From the NCBI GenBank assembly GCA_010015805.1, contig ML978128.1, positions 1,612,001 through 1,676,000 of the forward strand: a stretch of DNA of 64,000 bases, read 5' to 3'. The position numbers and the translations under genes are program-made. The notes beneath the pieces were generated by a model. That model saw only the letters and a list, made by a program, of their open reading frames with translations, did not search any database and was not told the DNA's origin. Every line of letters begins with the position of its first letter. The first letter of the stretch is position 1. The DNA is from Rhizodiscina lignyota (Eukaryota). Positions 1 to 14,146 of the stretch are shown piece after piece.

Positions 1-3000
1 TCGAGAAGGCTGCAACAGATGCCCTGACTGTTCTCTTCTGGATTGGTTGCCGTAGCCAGCAAGCATATCCGCGTACATCTCTAGCCCCTTCTGTTCTCCA
101 GGACTCTATCGACCATGGCGAGGGCACACCAACTCCCATGCTTTCAATTCGTGATCTACCTCGCTCGGCCGTTCAATCTCACATCGACATTACCAATCAG
201 AACCTGCCAGAGGATAGGCACATTGCCATCTCTCTTATCAATTCGCAAAGGAACGTTGTGGTTACTGGTCCTCCACTTTCTCTGTACGGTCTCAACTTAC
301 GCCTGCGCAAAGTTAAGGCTCCCACTGGCCTTGACCAGACTCGCATCCCTTACACAGAGCGCAAGGTTCGCTTCGTCAACCGTTTCTTGCCCATCACTGC
401 TCCATTCCATAGCCCCTACCTGACGGAGGCGCACAAGATTCTCGAAGAGGATCTCAAGGACGTCAACATTAGCGCCAAGGACCTCTCTATTCCAGTCTAT
501 GACACCAACACAGGCGAGGATGTGCGAAAAGCTGAGCCGGGCAACATTGTCCCTGCCTTGGTTCGCATGATCACACATGATCCGGTCAATTGGGAGAAGG
601 CGACAGGCTTTCCAAACGCAACGCACATCATTGACTTCGGACCAGGTGGTATCTCCGGCCTGGGTGTTTTGACGAACCGTAACAAGGATGGAACTGGTGT
701 CCGTGTCATTCTCGCGGGCACTATGGACGGTACCAACGGAGAGGTTGGCTACAAGCCAGAGCTCTTCGATCGCGACTCTGAACATGCGGTCAGATATGCG
801 GAGGATTGGGTCAAGGAGCATGGTCCGAAGCTCGTGAAGACCTCAGTCGGACAGACCTATGTCGACACTAAGATGTCTCGTCTACTAGGTCTTCCGCCCA
901 TCATGGTGGCTGGTATGACTCCCGCTACAGTTCCTTGGGACTTCGTCGCAGCTACCATGAACGCTGGCTATGAGATCGAATTGGCTGGTGGTGGGTACTA
1001 CAACGAGCGCAACATGACCGAGGCCATCGCCAAGATAGAAGCTGCCATTCCAGCTGGTCGCGGCATTAGTATCAATCTTATCTACGTCAACCCGCGAGCA
1101 ATGAATTGGCAGATTCCTATGATTGCCAAGCTCCGGGCGGATGGCGTGCCGATTGAAGGCCTCACCATTGGTGCTGGTGTTCCGTCGATTGAAGTTGCGA
1201 ATGAGTACATCACGACGCTCGGCATCAAGCATATTGCCTTCAAGCCTGGCAGCACAGAGGCCATTCAGCAGGTTATTAACGTCGCGAAAGCAAACCCAAG
1301 CTTCCCTGTCATGCTGCAGTGGACTGGCGGCCGCGGTGGCGGCCACCATAGCTTCGAGGACTTTCACCAGCCCATTCTCGCCATGTACGGACGCATCAGG
1401 AAATGCGAAAACATCGTCTTGGTTGCTGGGTCAGGCTTTGGTGGCAGCGAAGATACCTACCCTTATCTCACCGGCGAGTGGTCCAAGCGTTTTGGCTATC
1501 CGCCGATGCCTTACGATGGTATCCTCTTTGGCTCTCGCATGATGACTGCTAAGGAAGCCCACACTTCGAAGAACGCAAAGAAGGCCATTGTTGACGCACA
1601 AGGTGTTGAAGACTCCGAGTGGGAGAAGACCTACAAAGGTCCCGCTGGCGGCGTCATCACCGTCCTTTCCGAGATGGGTGAGCCAATCCATAAGCTTGCG
1701 ACTCGTGGTGTCCTATTCTGGTCTGAGATGGACAAGCTCATCTTCAGCTTGGACAAGAAGAAGAGGCCTGCAGAGTTGAAGAAGAAGCGCGACTATATCA
1801 TCAAGAAGCTTAACGATGACTTCCAGAAGGTCTGGTTTGGACGTAACGCTCAAGGCGAAAGTGTCGATCTCGAGGACATGACGTACAGCGAGGTCATCCG
1901 CCGCATGGTCGAGCTGATGTACGTTAAGCACGAGAAGAGGTGGATCGACAAGTCTCTCGCTAGGCTCACCGGCGACTTCATCCGCCGCGTTGAGGAGCGC
2001 TTCACCACAACCGAGGGTAATGAGTCCATTGTCCAGTCGTACGCCGAGCTCGAGGATCCTTTCCCTGTCGTTGAGAAGGTGTTGAAGCAGTATCCGGAGG
2101 CTGAGAAGCAGCTTATCAACGCCCAAGACGTGCAGCACTTCTTGATGCTCTGCCAACGCCGTGGCCAGAAGCCTGTTCCATTTGTCCCAGTGCTCGATGA
2201 GAGCTTCGAGTACTTCTTCAAAAAGGACTCACTCTGGCAATCGGAGGATCTTGAAGCTGTTGTTGGCCAGGATGTTGGCAGGACGTGTATCTTGCAAGGA
2301 CCGATGGCTGCCAAGTACAGCAAGATTGTTGACGAGCCTGTCAAGGATATCCTCGATGGTGTGCATCAGGATCACATCAAGGCTTTGACCAACGATCTCT
2401 ATGGTGGGGATGAGAAGAAGATTCCGACCATTGAATACTTTGGCGGCAAGTTGCTCGATACCACCGACAGCGTCGAGGAGGCCGAAGGTCTTACGATCAG
2501 TGAATTCACTGGCAAGACAGTGTACCGCTTTTCCAACCTCCCGAATGCGACTCTTCCATCTGTTCAAGACTGGATGCAACTCCTCGCTGGCACAACTTAC
2601 AGCTGGCGTCATGCCTTCTTCAAGGCGGACGTCTTCGTACAAGGCCACCGCTTCCAGACGAACCCTATGGCGCGCATCTTCCGGCCGTCTCCTGGAATGA
2701 AGGTCGAGATCACCAATCCCAACGACCCCAAGCAAACCGTCATCTCTGTCTTTGAACCTAGCAGCTCTGGCAAGGAGGTCCAAACTGTTGAAGTGAGCTT
2801 GAAGGCCAACAATGAGATCCTCGTCAACCTGATCGAAGAGCGCAACGCAGCCAAGGAGCCTGTCGCTCTACCATTCCGCTTCACGTATCACCCAGAAACT
2901 GGCTACGCTCCAATCCGCGAGGTCATGGAGGAGCGTAACGATCGCATCAAGCAATTCTACTACAAGGTCTGGTTCGGTGATGACAACGTTCCGTTCGATG

Positions 3001-5424
3001 CGGACGTGGCTGAGAGGTTCGAGGGTGGCAAGGCCACTGTCACCTCTGAGGCAATCAATGACTTTGTTCACGCCGTTGGCAACACCGGTGAAGCATTCGT
3101 TGACAGACCAGGCAAAGAAGTTTGGGCTCCTATGGACTTTGCCATCGTTGTCGGTTGGAAGGCGATTACGAAACCGATCTTCCCACGCGCCATTGACGGC
3201 GACTTGCTTCGCCTTGTGCACTTGTCCAACGCGTTCAGGATGATGCCGGGTGTGGAGCCGCTCAAGAAGGGCGATGTGCTTGATACTACCGCACAGATCA
3301 ACGCCGTTATCAACCAGGATTCCGGCAAGATGGTCGAAGTCTGCGGCACCATCACCCGCGATGGCGAGCCTGTCATGGAGGTTACCAGCCAGTTCTTGTA
3401 CCGTGGCGACTACAAAGACTTCCACAACACATTCCAGCGCAGGCAGGAGACGACGATGCAGCTGCACCTCGCTGACAGCAAGGCTATTGCTGTGCTCAGG
3501 AGCAAGGAGTGGTTCAAGCCTGAGGATGCCGACTTGGATCTTCTCAACAAGACTCTCACTTTCCGCCTGCAGAGCTTGGTTAAGTTCAAGAACAAGACGG
3601 TGTTCAGCAGTGTCCAGACGCTTGGTGAGGTCTTGCTTGAACTCCCAACGAAGGAAGTCATCCAGATCGCGAGCGTAGAGTATGAGGCTGGCGCCAGTCA
3701 TGGCAATCCCGTTCTTGACTACCTCACTCGCAACGGCCAGGCGCTCGATCAACCAGTACACTTTGAGAACCCAATCCCGCTCAACGGCAAGACGCCACTT
3801 GTCTTGAAAGCTCCCGCGAGCAATGAGACGTACGCCAAAGTGTCGGGTGACTATAATCCTATCCACGTCAGCCGCGTCTTTGCCGCATATGCCAATCTCC
3901 CGGGCACTATCACCCACGGCATGTACAGCTCCGCTGCCGTGCGCTCGCTCGTCGAGACATGGGCCGCAGAAAACCACATTGGTCGTGTGCGCAGCTTCCA
4001 CGCTAGTCTCGTTGGTATGGTTCTGCCTGAAGACACCATCGAGGTGCGACTGCAGCATGTGGGTATGGTTAGCGGCCGCAAGATCATCAAGGTCGAAGCT
4101 AGCAACAAAGAGACTGAAGACAAGGTCTTGCTTGGTGAGGCTGAGGTTGAACAACCAACAAGCAGCTACGTCTTCACCGGACAAGGCAGTCAAGAGCAGG
4201 GTATGGGTATGGATCTCTATGAGAAGAGTGAGGTAGCTAGGGAGGTCTGGGATCGCGCGGATAAGCACTTCATGGACAACTATGGTAAGTCTCACGCCTA
4301 TGACCGTTCAATGAGGGTTAGATTGGTACTAACGATGGATGACAGGTTTTGCGATTACAAACATCGTCCGCAACAATCCCAAGGAGCTCACGATTCACTT
4401 TGGTGGCCCGCGTGGCAAGGCCATCCGCCAGAACTACATGTCTATGACCTTCGAGACTGTCTCGTCTGATGGTACCATCAAATCCGAGAAGATCTTCAAA
4501 GAGATCACCGATGACACGACCAGCTACACCTACCGCTCTCCTAACGGCCTTCTCTCTGCTACCCAGTTCACTCAGCCAGCACTTACTCTCATGGAGAAGG
4601 CAAGCTTCGAAGACATGCGCTCGAAGGGCCTCGTCCAGCGTGACTCAAGCTTTGCTGGACACTCCCTCGGCGAATACAGTGCTCTTGCTGCCCTCGCAGA
4701 GGTCATGCCGATCGAGTCCCTCGTCTCCGTTGTCTTTTACCGTGGTCTGACTATGCAAGTCGCCGTCGAGCGCGATGCCCAGGGCCGCAGCAACTACAGC
4801 ATGTGCGCGGTCAATCCATCGCGTATCAGCAAGACCTTCAATGAGCAGGCGCTGCAGTACGTTGTCGAGAACATTGCCGAGGAGACGGGCTGGCTGCTCG
4901 AGATTGTCAACTACAACATCGCCAACATGCAGTATGTTGCGGCGGGCGACCTGCGGGCACTCGACACTCTCACGAATGTCACGAACTTTTTGAAGATGCA
5001 GAAGATTGACATCCAGGAGCTGATGCAGAAGATGAGCCTCGAGGACGTGAAGGCGCACCTCGTCGACATCATCAAGGAGTGCGCGAAGCAGACCGAATCA
5101 AAGCCAAAGCCCTTGGATCTGCAGCGCGGCTTTGCTACCATCCCGCTCAAGGGCATCGACGTGCCGTTCCACTCGACCTTCCTGCGCTCTGGCGTCAAGC
5201 CCTTCCGTAGCTTCCTGCTCAAGAAGATCCACAAGACGAGCATCGACCCGAGCAAGCTGATCGGGAAATACATCCCGAATGTCACGGCGCGCCCGTTCGA
5301 GTTGACGAAGAGCTACTTTGAGGACGTGTACCGCCTGACGAACAGCCCGAAGATTGGCAACATCCTGGCCAATTGGGACAAGTATGAGGAGAAGGAGGTG
5401 CAGGGGCCGGCTCCCGCGGCATAG
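1..5424 (+). CDS. FAS1: Fatty acid synthase beta subunit (5' truncated); join(<1..4284,4346..5424)
   Basis: AT end (ITAPFHS), enoyl reductase (GGRGGGHHS), MaoC dehydratase ([14 protein letters not shown]), MPT ([23 protein letters not shown]). Intron 4285..4345 (GTAAGT..CTAAC..CAG) joins the two ORFs in frame. Confidence 0.97.
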
Positions 5425-7258
5425 ACCAGGAGAAGGGATTGTGGTGATGCCTTAATGTTTCGATGTTGTCGTGCTTGGAGTTTGGGATACCTAGTGCTTC
5501 GGCGTTTTTGCTGAGCGAAGAGAGGGAACTAGATTCGCGTCATCCCATGCGTTGTATAGCTTCTAGACGGTCGGCATGGCTTGGAAAAAGTCATCGGATA
5601 TTGTACACAAATATTAGACACTACATTTCACTGACACTCACCCGAGGATATCTTTGTTATCATTGAACAAAAGTGAAGCCATAAGCTCGTTTCTAAGTAA
5701 AGATGCTGACTAAAGGCTGCCTTGGGTGAGAGCGGTCAGGAACTAGTCCGTTTCCTACGTAATATTTCAACTATTGGCGCCAAGCTTCGTCTCATACTTT
5801 CTGTAAATCCATTCTTGAGAAGTTGAATTTGACCCTACTCCGAATAGGATACCGCCAACAATGCTTATGAGAGTCAAAGATAATGCTTGGTAATGTTCAT
5901 CAACTTCCTTTTTTGTTGGTATTCGCGCCGCTTTTGCTCTCATCCTCAAGGTGTCTTTGGAAGCCGTGTAAATTGAGACAACTGTCAAGAACTTCCCCTT
6001 TCAAGGTCCGTTATTTATCGGAGCGACTTTGTATTCAACCTCAAGTACGTAACGGGGATGATCAGTCGAATTCCTCTAAACCTTATTTTCGATCTAGGCA
6101 ATTTCTACACTGCTTGTTCTGTAGCTTGTGACGAGGAACTTGCGACTCCAGTTTTTCTCCGGCTTATTCCCGCCTTATTGTTTCTCTCTACGGAGTACTG
6201 TATCGTCCCTTATCAGTTGGGCCTTTACGGAGTATCAACTTCACGAAAGCGAAGAAGATGGCAAGCCAAGGCTTATAAGGTGACGAGAACTACTCTTCTG
6301 ACTCATCTCTGATTCAAGATTTGAGAACCGAGAGACATCTGTCTTGGCATGAGGATGGAATGCTGAGCTCCTCCAAGCAGTGTATCCGGCACTATAGCAC
6401 CCTTAGACGGGTACCTGCTGCATTAAATATAAAAAGAATGCGATCCATTTGATACTGACGGACGAAAATTGTCTCCGAGACGAATCGGCACGCTTAGTCA
6501 ACGAAAGCCAGCCGATCCACGCCCTGTCAGACAGCATCGCTCCGGATTGCCGAAACATGTCTCCCGATTCCATATCACATCATTGACACTTCTATCCCAG
6601 AGATAATGTCAACCAATTGGCTAGCTTGCGATATTTCCTTTCGCTTAAAGATGGATATACGGAAACGCTTCCCTACTCCGCTATCGATAGCACACTCGGG
6701 ATACCGGACAGCCAGCTTCCGGCATTTTGCTTGGTAATATATACCTGCTAATCTCCACGACAGAAACGAAAACCTTCATGATTAGTGCAGCCCAACGTCG
6801 AAGTAGCCGCATCGGATGTGAAAAAATCCCGTACCCGTACCGCTAACTCTATCATCTTCTCGAGCTGCTCTGCCAAGTATAGCTTCACCGACGAATCTCA
6901 TTGCTCGACTCGCGCTACATACCCCTTTTCTACTATGTGATCCATTGTACTGAAAAGGGCGTCTCGCACGAATGAGCCGAAGTGGCTTCAACAAATTACA
7001 AAGCCTCCTACCCGGTTCCCGATAACGTAAGCTTGTCGCTTGATCGCAGTGGTGGTCACGTTGGTCTCCTCATCGATGGACCATGGGGAGATTCCTAATG
7101 TAATTGGATTCCGATTGGGATTTTGCTGCTTTAATTCCATTGCGGCTTTGGATCCGCAGCTTGTTTATACCTCCCTCAATTGCTCTTTTCCACAGATCTA
7201 TAAATCCAATTGAAAGACAGCTCGCATTGAACGCAACATTCTTGAAGCCATAACAAAC

Positions 7259-7951
7259 ATGGCCACTCCAAAGGTTGCCGTCGTCATCTTCAGCGTGCGC
7301 TCACCACGAGTCGGCCCTAATGTGGCGGCGTACGTCAAGTCCATCATCGACACCCACTCTTCCAGCATCCCCCTTGAGTACAACACGGTCGATGTCGTCG
7401 ACTTCAAGCTCCCAGTGTTCAATGAGTCCCTGCCGCCCGCGACAGTCCCAGCGATGGGCCCGCATAAGCACGAGACCACGAAGGCATGGTCTGCAGAGAT
7501 CTCCAAATATGCAGGCTACGTTCTCGTCTCGCCCGAATACAGTATGGAACATCACATGAACCTTTCTCGCTTATGACTGGCATACTTACACACACGCCTT
7601 GTAGACTATGGCATGCCTGGCCCGACGAAGAACGCAATCGACTACCTGTACAACGAGTGGGCGGGAAAGCCGGCGCTGATTGTCACCTATGGCGTGAAAG
7701 GTGGGACCTTCGCGAGCGAACAATTGAAGGGTGTGCTGGAGGGCATGAAGCTGAACGTCTGCTCGACAAAGCCTGCGCTGCCATTCCTTGGGGGCCAGGG
7801 ACCAGATGCCATGGCGGCAATGTCGGAGGGCAAGTTGGGAGATGACACAAAGAACTCGTGGGACAAGGAGCAGAAGACTGTAATATTGGAGGGCTTGAAG
7901 GAACTGGAAGAGAAGATAGCTGCAGGCAAGGATGAAGCGAAGCCTCAGTGA
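7259..7951 (+). CDS. NADPH-dependent FMN reductase (flavodoxin-like, Lot6/ChrR family); intron 7542..7604
   Basis: SVRSPRVG P-loop; spliced PEYN-YGMPGPTKNAIDYL-W-GKP motif; TYG-GG. Confidence 0.9.
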
Positions 7952-8037
7952 GAAACAGCAGTAAAGAATTCCGAGACGGTGTTTTGAGATGGATCAAAGA
8001 CAACCCGGTTAGGAATATTACTTAAAACAGTGCCAAT

Positions 8038-9048
8038 CTATTCGTCTTTCACGCCAACCATCTTGCATGAGTCCTTCCATAGCCTCTCTTCCTTCTCTTG
8101 ATCGAATGCCCAACTTTCATAACCGATCTCGACGATGGATTGAATTGGACTATGCTCAACTGGGCCCCATTCTCCAACGTCCTCCAGATATCTCCCGCCG
8201 ACACCCTCGTAATGCTTCCCAATTGCGGCAAGCAGCGTCGTGGCGGCGCCCTGTTCCGTGCTCTTCATGATCGCAGGTATAGTTGGATCTGTGCTCCACT
8301 GTGCCCATTGCTCCTGAGTCACATGCTTTTGCAGTGGCGTCGCAATATTGCCAGGATGGACTGCGAGTCCGTGAAGGCCCTGCGAGCCGTATTTGCGCTC
8401 AATCTCGTTCGCCATGTAGAGGTTTGCTGTCTTTGCCTGCCCATAAGCCACCCACATATCGTACTCGCCGTCGAGGTTGTAGTTGTCGAAGTGGATGCCG
8501 GATGCCCTGTGGCCGCTAGATGTGAGGCAGATGACCCTTGAATTGAACTCCGGGGTGGAAGAGGCGAGCAAGGCCGACTTCACTAGCTGGAAGAGTAGGA
8601 AGTGCGCCAGATGATTCGTGCCCAAGTGCATCTCAAACCCGTCTTTCGTGAGCTGGCGTTCTGGGATTGCCATCACGCCAGCATTGTCGATCAAGATGTT
8701 CAACTTCCCACCACTGCGCTCGAGGAACTCCTTAGCTGCCGCTCTGACGCTTTCGAATGAGGTGAGGTCCATCTTCAAAAGCTCAAGCTTTCCGGAAATG
8801 CCAGACAAAGCATCCTTGTTCTTTTTCTCATCACGGGCAGCGCAGAAGATCGTTGCGCCGGTCGCTGCCATTGCTCTCACCGTCTCAATTCCGATGCCGG
8901 AACTTGTGCCAGTGATGAGAACTACTTTGCCCGCGAGCTTTCCTTCCATGTCGTTGTCCTTCACGATTTGAAGAGCGGTCACCCTAGCGTCACCAGGGCC
9001 ATTGGGGTTCCTCTCTGCTTTTCCGTACTTGTTCATTGGGAAGGACAT
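8038..9048 (-). CDS. Short-chain dehydrogenase/reductase (retinol DH/WWOX-like)
   Basis: TGTSSGIG, DNAGVM, NHLAHFLL, YGQAK catalytic motif, HPG; intronless 336 aa ORF. Confidence 0.93.
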   Translation of the reverse strand: MSFPMNKYGKAERNPNGPGDARVTALQIVKDNDMEGKLAGKVVLITGTSSGIGIETVRAMAATGATIFCAARDEKKNKDALSGISGKLELLKMDLTSFESVRAAAKEFLERSGGKLNILIDNAGVMAIPERQLTKDGFEMHLGTNHLAHFLLFQLVKSALLASSTPEFNSRVICLTSSGHRASGIHFDNYNLDGEYDMWVAYGQAKTANLYMANEIERKYGSQGLHGLAVHPGNIATPLQKHVTQEQWAQWSTDPTIPAIMKSTEQGAATTLLAAIGKHYEGVGGRYLEDVGEWGPVEHSPIQSIVEIGYESWAFDQEKEERLWKDSCKMVGVKDE

Positions 9049-10677
9049 GTTGAAGTCGAATTACTGAGAATAATTGAGAATGAGTAGAAGTAAGTAATTT
9101 GTTCGCGTGGAGATGTGTCGTGGTACTGCGTCAATTGAAGTGTCAGTAAGTGGTGGTCAGCACTCTTTATAGAGCAAAGCTATATTTTCATTCGCAGCGA
9201 GGCTGCAGATACGTCATGGATGAGGACCTGAACGTTCTTCCCGTTAAGTCCGCTTGTTGAAGCCATAGTTTAGAGAGAAGAAATAAGTTTGATGCTGTAA
9301 GTCCACTCTTTGTCCGACAACATCGGGCTCCATGTGGATCAAAAAATCACGTGCAGATACAAGGCTGGTTAGTAGAGCGAGAGAACGGCCACCTGATTGG
9401 TAGAGCATACGAATCAAGGAAATGGTAACATAAAACGGATAACGGTCTTTGAGAGTGTACGAAGACACCTAAAGTCTACGAGGGTTGTCGGTGAGAGCCT
9501 GGTTTGACTAAAAATCGAACAATGATTGGTACGTTTCGCAGAAATTTCCGAGAAATGATGAAAATGAAGATCGAAAGACTCGGCTGAGAGCGATGCAAGG
9601 CGGGGAGGCGGCTGAAACACGTCGGTGAACTGGTTCAAGGCCGTGTTAACTCCGTCATGGCTGTATAACAGCTTGCGACAAGTTTGATGGAAGTCTGGGT
9701 GCGCTCTTTATCTTTCACGGAACACCGCTGCATACCGTTAGTAGTGCGAGGAGACGGTCCAATGCCGGCGGAAGCTTGCGAATCTTGGCCATTCTGCGGC
9801 CTCGTCGAACGCAACATTGTCCACCTCTCTTCAAGCAAAGTCTCTACGTAACCTAAGTGGTCCGATCGAGAACTCAGCGGTCAGGATAGCAGTCTCCCAT
9901 CAGCATCTCGCGCGAGGTTAGCTTAAAGTTGGATGTTCGTTCGGACCCCTTGCCGTATTTGGACTAGCTCGGAGCGGACTAGCCCAGAGTTCCTCCGCCC
10001 CTGAGGGAAGAGTCGACGGTATATATCTCCACCTCTACGATTATTCTGCTCGTCGAACTTTTGCTAAGCTGTTTTCCGCCTGTCATCGGATTCCATCTCA
10101 TCAAGCATCGAAGTTGACAAAGACACGTAGGAGAAAGTCCTCCAGTTAGGATGCTTCATCTGAAGATGAGGCCAAGATTCCGTTTGTGGCATTTGCCTGA
10201 CTGGTCACTTCCCCAACGGAAGTCGAAAGTTTATATTGGCGAACTGGACTTGAATCATCAACTCATATGAGGAATCAGGATGCATTTCGTTCCTTTATAT
10301 CCGCATCCGCATATGCACTTCATGTCGCGTCGAGTGTGCACCCGCCTGCTTGGTTTTGTCAGCGCACACAGACAAGTAATCTTTTAGCGTTTCGACTGCC
10401 AAGCCGCGGATTGGATATCCACAGTGCCATTTCGTACAAGATTCGCGGTGTAAGATCTGACATTCCTAAAAGGGGTAACCCTGCCCTGCCAAGATTCGTA
10501 ACATGCGTCCTTCTTCGTCATTTGAACAGTTGAAGTTCGTGTAAGGCATACGGGGTAGAGCTGTCGCGAGATATAGAGAAGTGTTTCGGCCTCAGCAAAA
10601 CGCATCTGTATTCTCACGCAACTCTCGATTGGCCATCATAGACGTGTCGCGCTTATTGCCACGTAATTGCCGCCACA

Positions 10678-12335
10678 ATGTCACTCTCTTCCGCATCAAC
10701 CGACAACGCTGTCGCATATGTCAATGGCCGGGTCTATACTATCAATCCAGCATCACCGTGGGCAGAGGCGTTCATCGTCTCACCTTCCGGGACATTTACT
10801 GTCGTGGGCTCGAACTCTTCCATTCTGGAGACCGCTAAGGCCGAAGGACTAGTAACGTACGACTTGCGGGACTCGTTTGTCATGCCAGGAATCCACGATG
10901 CGCATATGCATATTCACCACTCTGGTCTCGCACAGCTCAACGAGCCCGTGATTGGCATGGATGCAACTGTGAAGACTCTTGCGGAGAAACTGAAGGAAGG
11001 GAGCTGTGCTTGTGACTACGCGCATGTTCATGAAGATTGGATCCTGGGTCACTCTGTCGGCGTTGAAAACTACGACCGATCGTATCTGGATAAAACCTTT
11101 CCAGAGATCCCCGTGATTATTCGTACAGGAGGCGGGCATGGGATGTATCTTAACACTGAAGCACTGAAACGTGCGGGATACGATCTCCAGAACGAGGTTG
11201 AGACCAATGGAAAGAGATTCTTGAGGCGAGAGGACGGCAGTCTCACAGGCGAGGTCTACGAGACTGCGATGGCCAAGGCCAGTCTAGCTTTGCCGAAGCC
11301 GGCAGTGGCCCATGTCAAGAGAGCAATCCTCAAGGCCTTGCGAGTAGCGCACAGCGTGGGCGTGACGAGCGTCCAGGAGGCTGGAATCAATTCTATTGCG
11401 TTGCAGGCACTCAGCGAATTGGAGAACGAGGGCCTTCTGCAGACAGATGTCGCGACGCATATCGTTCACAATGTGGAGTTCCTCGCCCAAGAGCCCATTA
11501 GCGAACTGGAGAGACTCATCGACCGTGCGAATGACTTCAAGAGCAAGCATGTCGACACCAACTTTGTCAAATTTGCCATTGACGGCGTCCCATTGCCGCC
11601 GCTGATGACTCAATGCGGTTTGGACGAACACGGGAATATTGAGGAAAACAAACTGACAATGGCCGAGCGGGATTTCGAAGAAACACTCGCAAGATACGAC
11701 GCTCGCGGAATGACAATCAAGATACATGCGTGCGGAGCAGGTAGTGTGCGAAGGTCGCTCGATGCAATCGAAAAGGCAAGGAAGAAGAACCCTACGGGAC
11801 CACGGCACGAGGTCGCTCATTGCAATGTCGTTCATGAAAGTGAGATGAAATCAAGATTCTCAGAGGAGGCACACTGGAAGCTGACAAGGAATAAGATGAT
11901 TACGCTCGATTCGCCAAGCTCAATGTCACGGCCGAAATGTCTCCGGCATTCTTTTTCGGTCATCCACTAACACAGGGCTTCAAAGACGTTCTCGACTGGG
12001 ATTTTGTCAAGCTAGCAGATGCTGGGGCTCACATCACTGTCGGATCTGACTGGGGAGGATTTTTTGATCCGTCGTTAATTGTTGCAGGCGCTAATGCCGT
12101 AGAAAGGGTCGGCAAAGGATCCAAGGAACGCGGTGGCGAGCTTCTATGTCGGTATCTGACTCTCGCCGGAGCAGAAGCAGTGGGGAAGCAAAACGAAAGA
12201 GGAAGCATTGAAGTCGGCAAGAAAGCTAGCTTCATCGCAGTCGATAAAGACCTAAGCAAGGGTGAATTTGACGGCGCCTCCGTAACGAAGACCTGGTTTG
12301 AGGGGAATCTCGTATGGGAGAAACCTAAGCCTTGA
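10678..12335 (+). CDS. Amidohydrolase_3 (YtcJ-like) metal-dependent hydrolase; intron 11840..11895
   Basis: NGRVYT, MPGIHDAHMH (HxH), KFAIDG, KIHACG, HEVAH, GSDW, GSIEVGKKASF. Splice GTGAGA..CTGAC..AAG restores the frame. Confidence 0.92.
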
Positions 12336-12430
12336 GGTGAGGGCTGGGACGCTGTGATTTGTATGTCGAACGGTACGTGATATTTCGTTGTCCGCCGTGA
12401 CTTATCGCATCCTCGTGCTCTACTTCAAGA

Positions 12431-14146
12431 TCAAATTAGACGAGGGCTGTCTTCATCCCAGTGCCAAATATCACCGCCTTCCAGGCCAATCGGATTTACA
12501 AATTCTGGTAATTCATAGATCGCACTCCAGCCCTCACTGTACTCCGCCCAATCAGTCATCGGAAAATCCATTGATTGATTTGTTCCAAAGTCGGACAGCT
12601 CCTGTGTTTGATGGACCTTCAATCGAGCTTCTGCTTCGGTCATCAGCCCCTCCAAAATTTCTATGTTCTTCAAGTCGTGTCCACTCCGCACCCATCGGCC
12701 CCTAGCCACCCTTGCAGCATCCCAGGCATCCTGCACAGCTTGGGAGCCCGACGTTGATGCTCTATGACAAAGCTCGGTGAGGAGATATGCTAGCGGAAGG
12801 AACTGAAGATATGCACTGAGCAGCCACGTCCATTTCTTTGCCTCCGCATGTTCGGCTAACGCTCTGGGTGCATCTACAATCTCAATCGCGATGAGGAAGA
12901 GGCTATCTGGTGCCTTTCTCAGCTGTGAGGAATCGAAGGACACCGGGCGCTGGAGGTAGAGCTTGAACCGCATCTCGTTAATCAAGACGAATGAAACGTG
13001 TTTGGCGAGCCAATACATGGAGACGGTATCGCCGCAATGAATTAGGTATGTGTCTGCAATCCTTTTCTCGCAGGCATCGATCATAATCTCCTTATGCTGA
13101 AATGATTCCTCTCCATCTTTTTCCAGAGCACAACTTGTCTTTGCGATTTCTATGCAGATGAGGGTGAAGCTCATCTGCGACCAACCGGGGGAGGACCTTG
13201 GAAGCTGCGTCATGTCTGGGTATAACTCCATATCGTCAACATTAAGGGGCAGCTCTGGAAGGGACAACTCCGGATCAGAGAACGCGCTCTGATTCGATCT
13301 TAGTCGTCCATGATCTTCCGTGGCGCGTCGGTCAATATACCACAGATGCCACCAGAGTCGTCGGCGAAGTTCTTCCTCGAATGGTGACGCGTTAGTCTTG
13401 TTTGGAGAGCACAGCCGTCTAGCAAGACCACTCAAACCCCACGCGAGCTTTGGCTCATTGTTGAATCTCGCAAAGGACAGGAACAAGACAAAAGCCTGAA
13501 GAGTCATCGAAGCGTCAGTCGTCAGAAACTCTGCTTTTGATAGAGCACATTCTGCTATCGAACGGTACTTTGAGACGGCTTCCGGTTTTGAAAATGCCAT
13601 GTGGCCTTCGATTTCTGCGCAAGACATGCTGGAGACGGATGTGAAGCATATGACCGCCAACAGAGCGTTCTCCTCGCGACTGAGGATATCATAACCCTCA
13701 TCCGCTTTCCGTATTATCAATTCTGTGCTTGGAAGGTGTACGACTTTCACCAGAGGATCTACCTTCGTCTTGAAGACTCGCCAGCAGCACTCGAGATGAT
13801 GCAAGCGGAGCCGGGGAGGCCCTTCCAGCCCTGTGTTGGCGTTCCAGAAGCTAAAAGGGAACGCGTCCTGGGGTGATGGTGCATACGATAATTTTTGATG
13901 GCCAATTTGAGTCCCATGATCACCGGCAGCGGCATCGTGATGCCCCTTACGAGATCGTCTCGCAGCCCTGACCGGAGAAGGATACGCGCACTCGACGCTC
14001 CATCGTTTACAGTTGGAGCAAGGTTGGGCTTTGTCGCACTTGACCTTCCTTATGGCACATGGTACGCAAGCTTTTTGCTTGAGGATCAGAGGTTTTCCAA
14101 TAATGAGCGGCGTCGGTCCTGCGAAGACGATTGGTGTGACGTTCAT
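12431..14146 (-). CDS. Zn(II)2Cys6 transcription factor with fungal-specific TF domain
   Basis: CVPCAIRKVKCDKAQPCSNCKRWSVECAY zinc cluster; EELRRRLWW middle homology region. Confidence 0.93.
   Translation of the reverse strand: MNVTPIVFAGPTPLIIGKPLILKQKACVPCAIRKVKCDKAQPCSNCKRWSVECAYPSPVRAARRSRKGHHDAAAGDHGTQIGHQKLSYAPSPQDAFPFSFWNANTGLEGPPRLRLHHLECCWRVFKTKVDPLVKVVHLPSTELIIRKADEGYDILSREENALLAVICFTSVSSMSCAEIEGHMAFSKPEAVSKYRSIAECALSKAEFLTTDASMTLQAFVLFLSFARFNNEPKLAWGLSGLARRLCSPNKTNASPFEEELRRRLWWHLWYIDRRATEDHGRLRSNQSAFSDPELSLPELPLNVDDMELYPDMTQLPRSSPGWSQMSFTLICIEIAKTSCALEKDGEESFQHKEIMIDACEKRIADTYLIHCGDTVSMYWLAKHVSFVLINEMRFKLYLQRPVSFDSSQLRKAPDSLFLIAIEIVDAPRALAEHAEAKKWTWLLSAYLQFLPLAYLLTELCHRASTSGSQAVQDAWDAARVARGRWVRSGHDLKNIEILEGLMTEAEARLKVHQTQELSDFGTNQSMDFPMTDWAEYSEGWSAIYELPEFVNPIGLEGGDIWHWDEDSPRLI

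Noticed and set aside
2868..4295. 475-aa antisense ORF inside FAS1, and many similar shadow ORFs in other genes
   Set aside because: Expected by-product of strong C/G-ending codon bias on the sense strand; no recognisable domain.
5767..6306. Minus-strand frame with KPEKNWSRKFL, reminiscent of pogo/Fot1 transposase GKNW..F
   Set aside because: Six stops in 180 codons is close to random; no DDE motif or TIRs identified. A tblastn against TE libraries would be needed.
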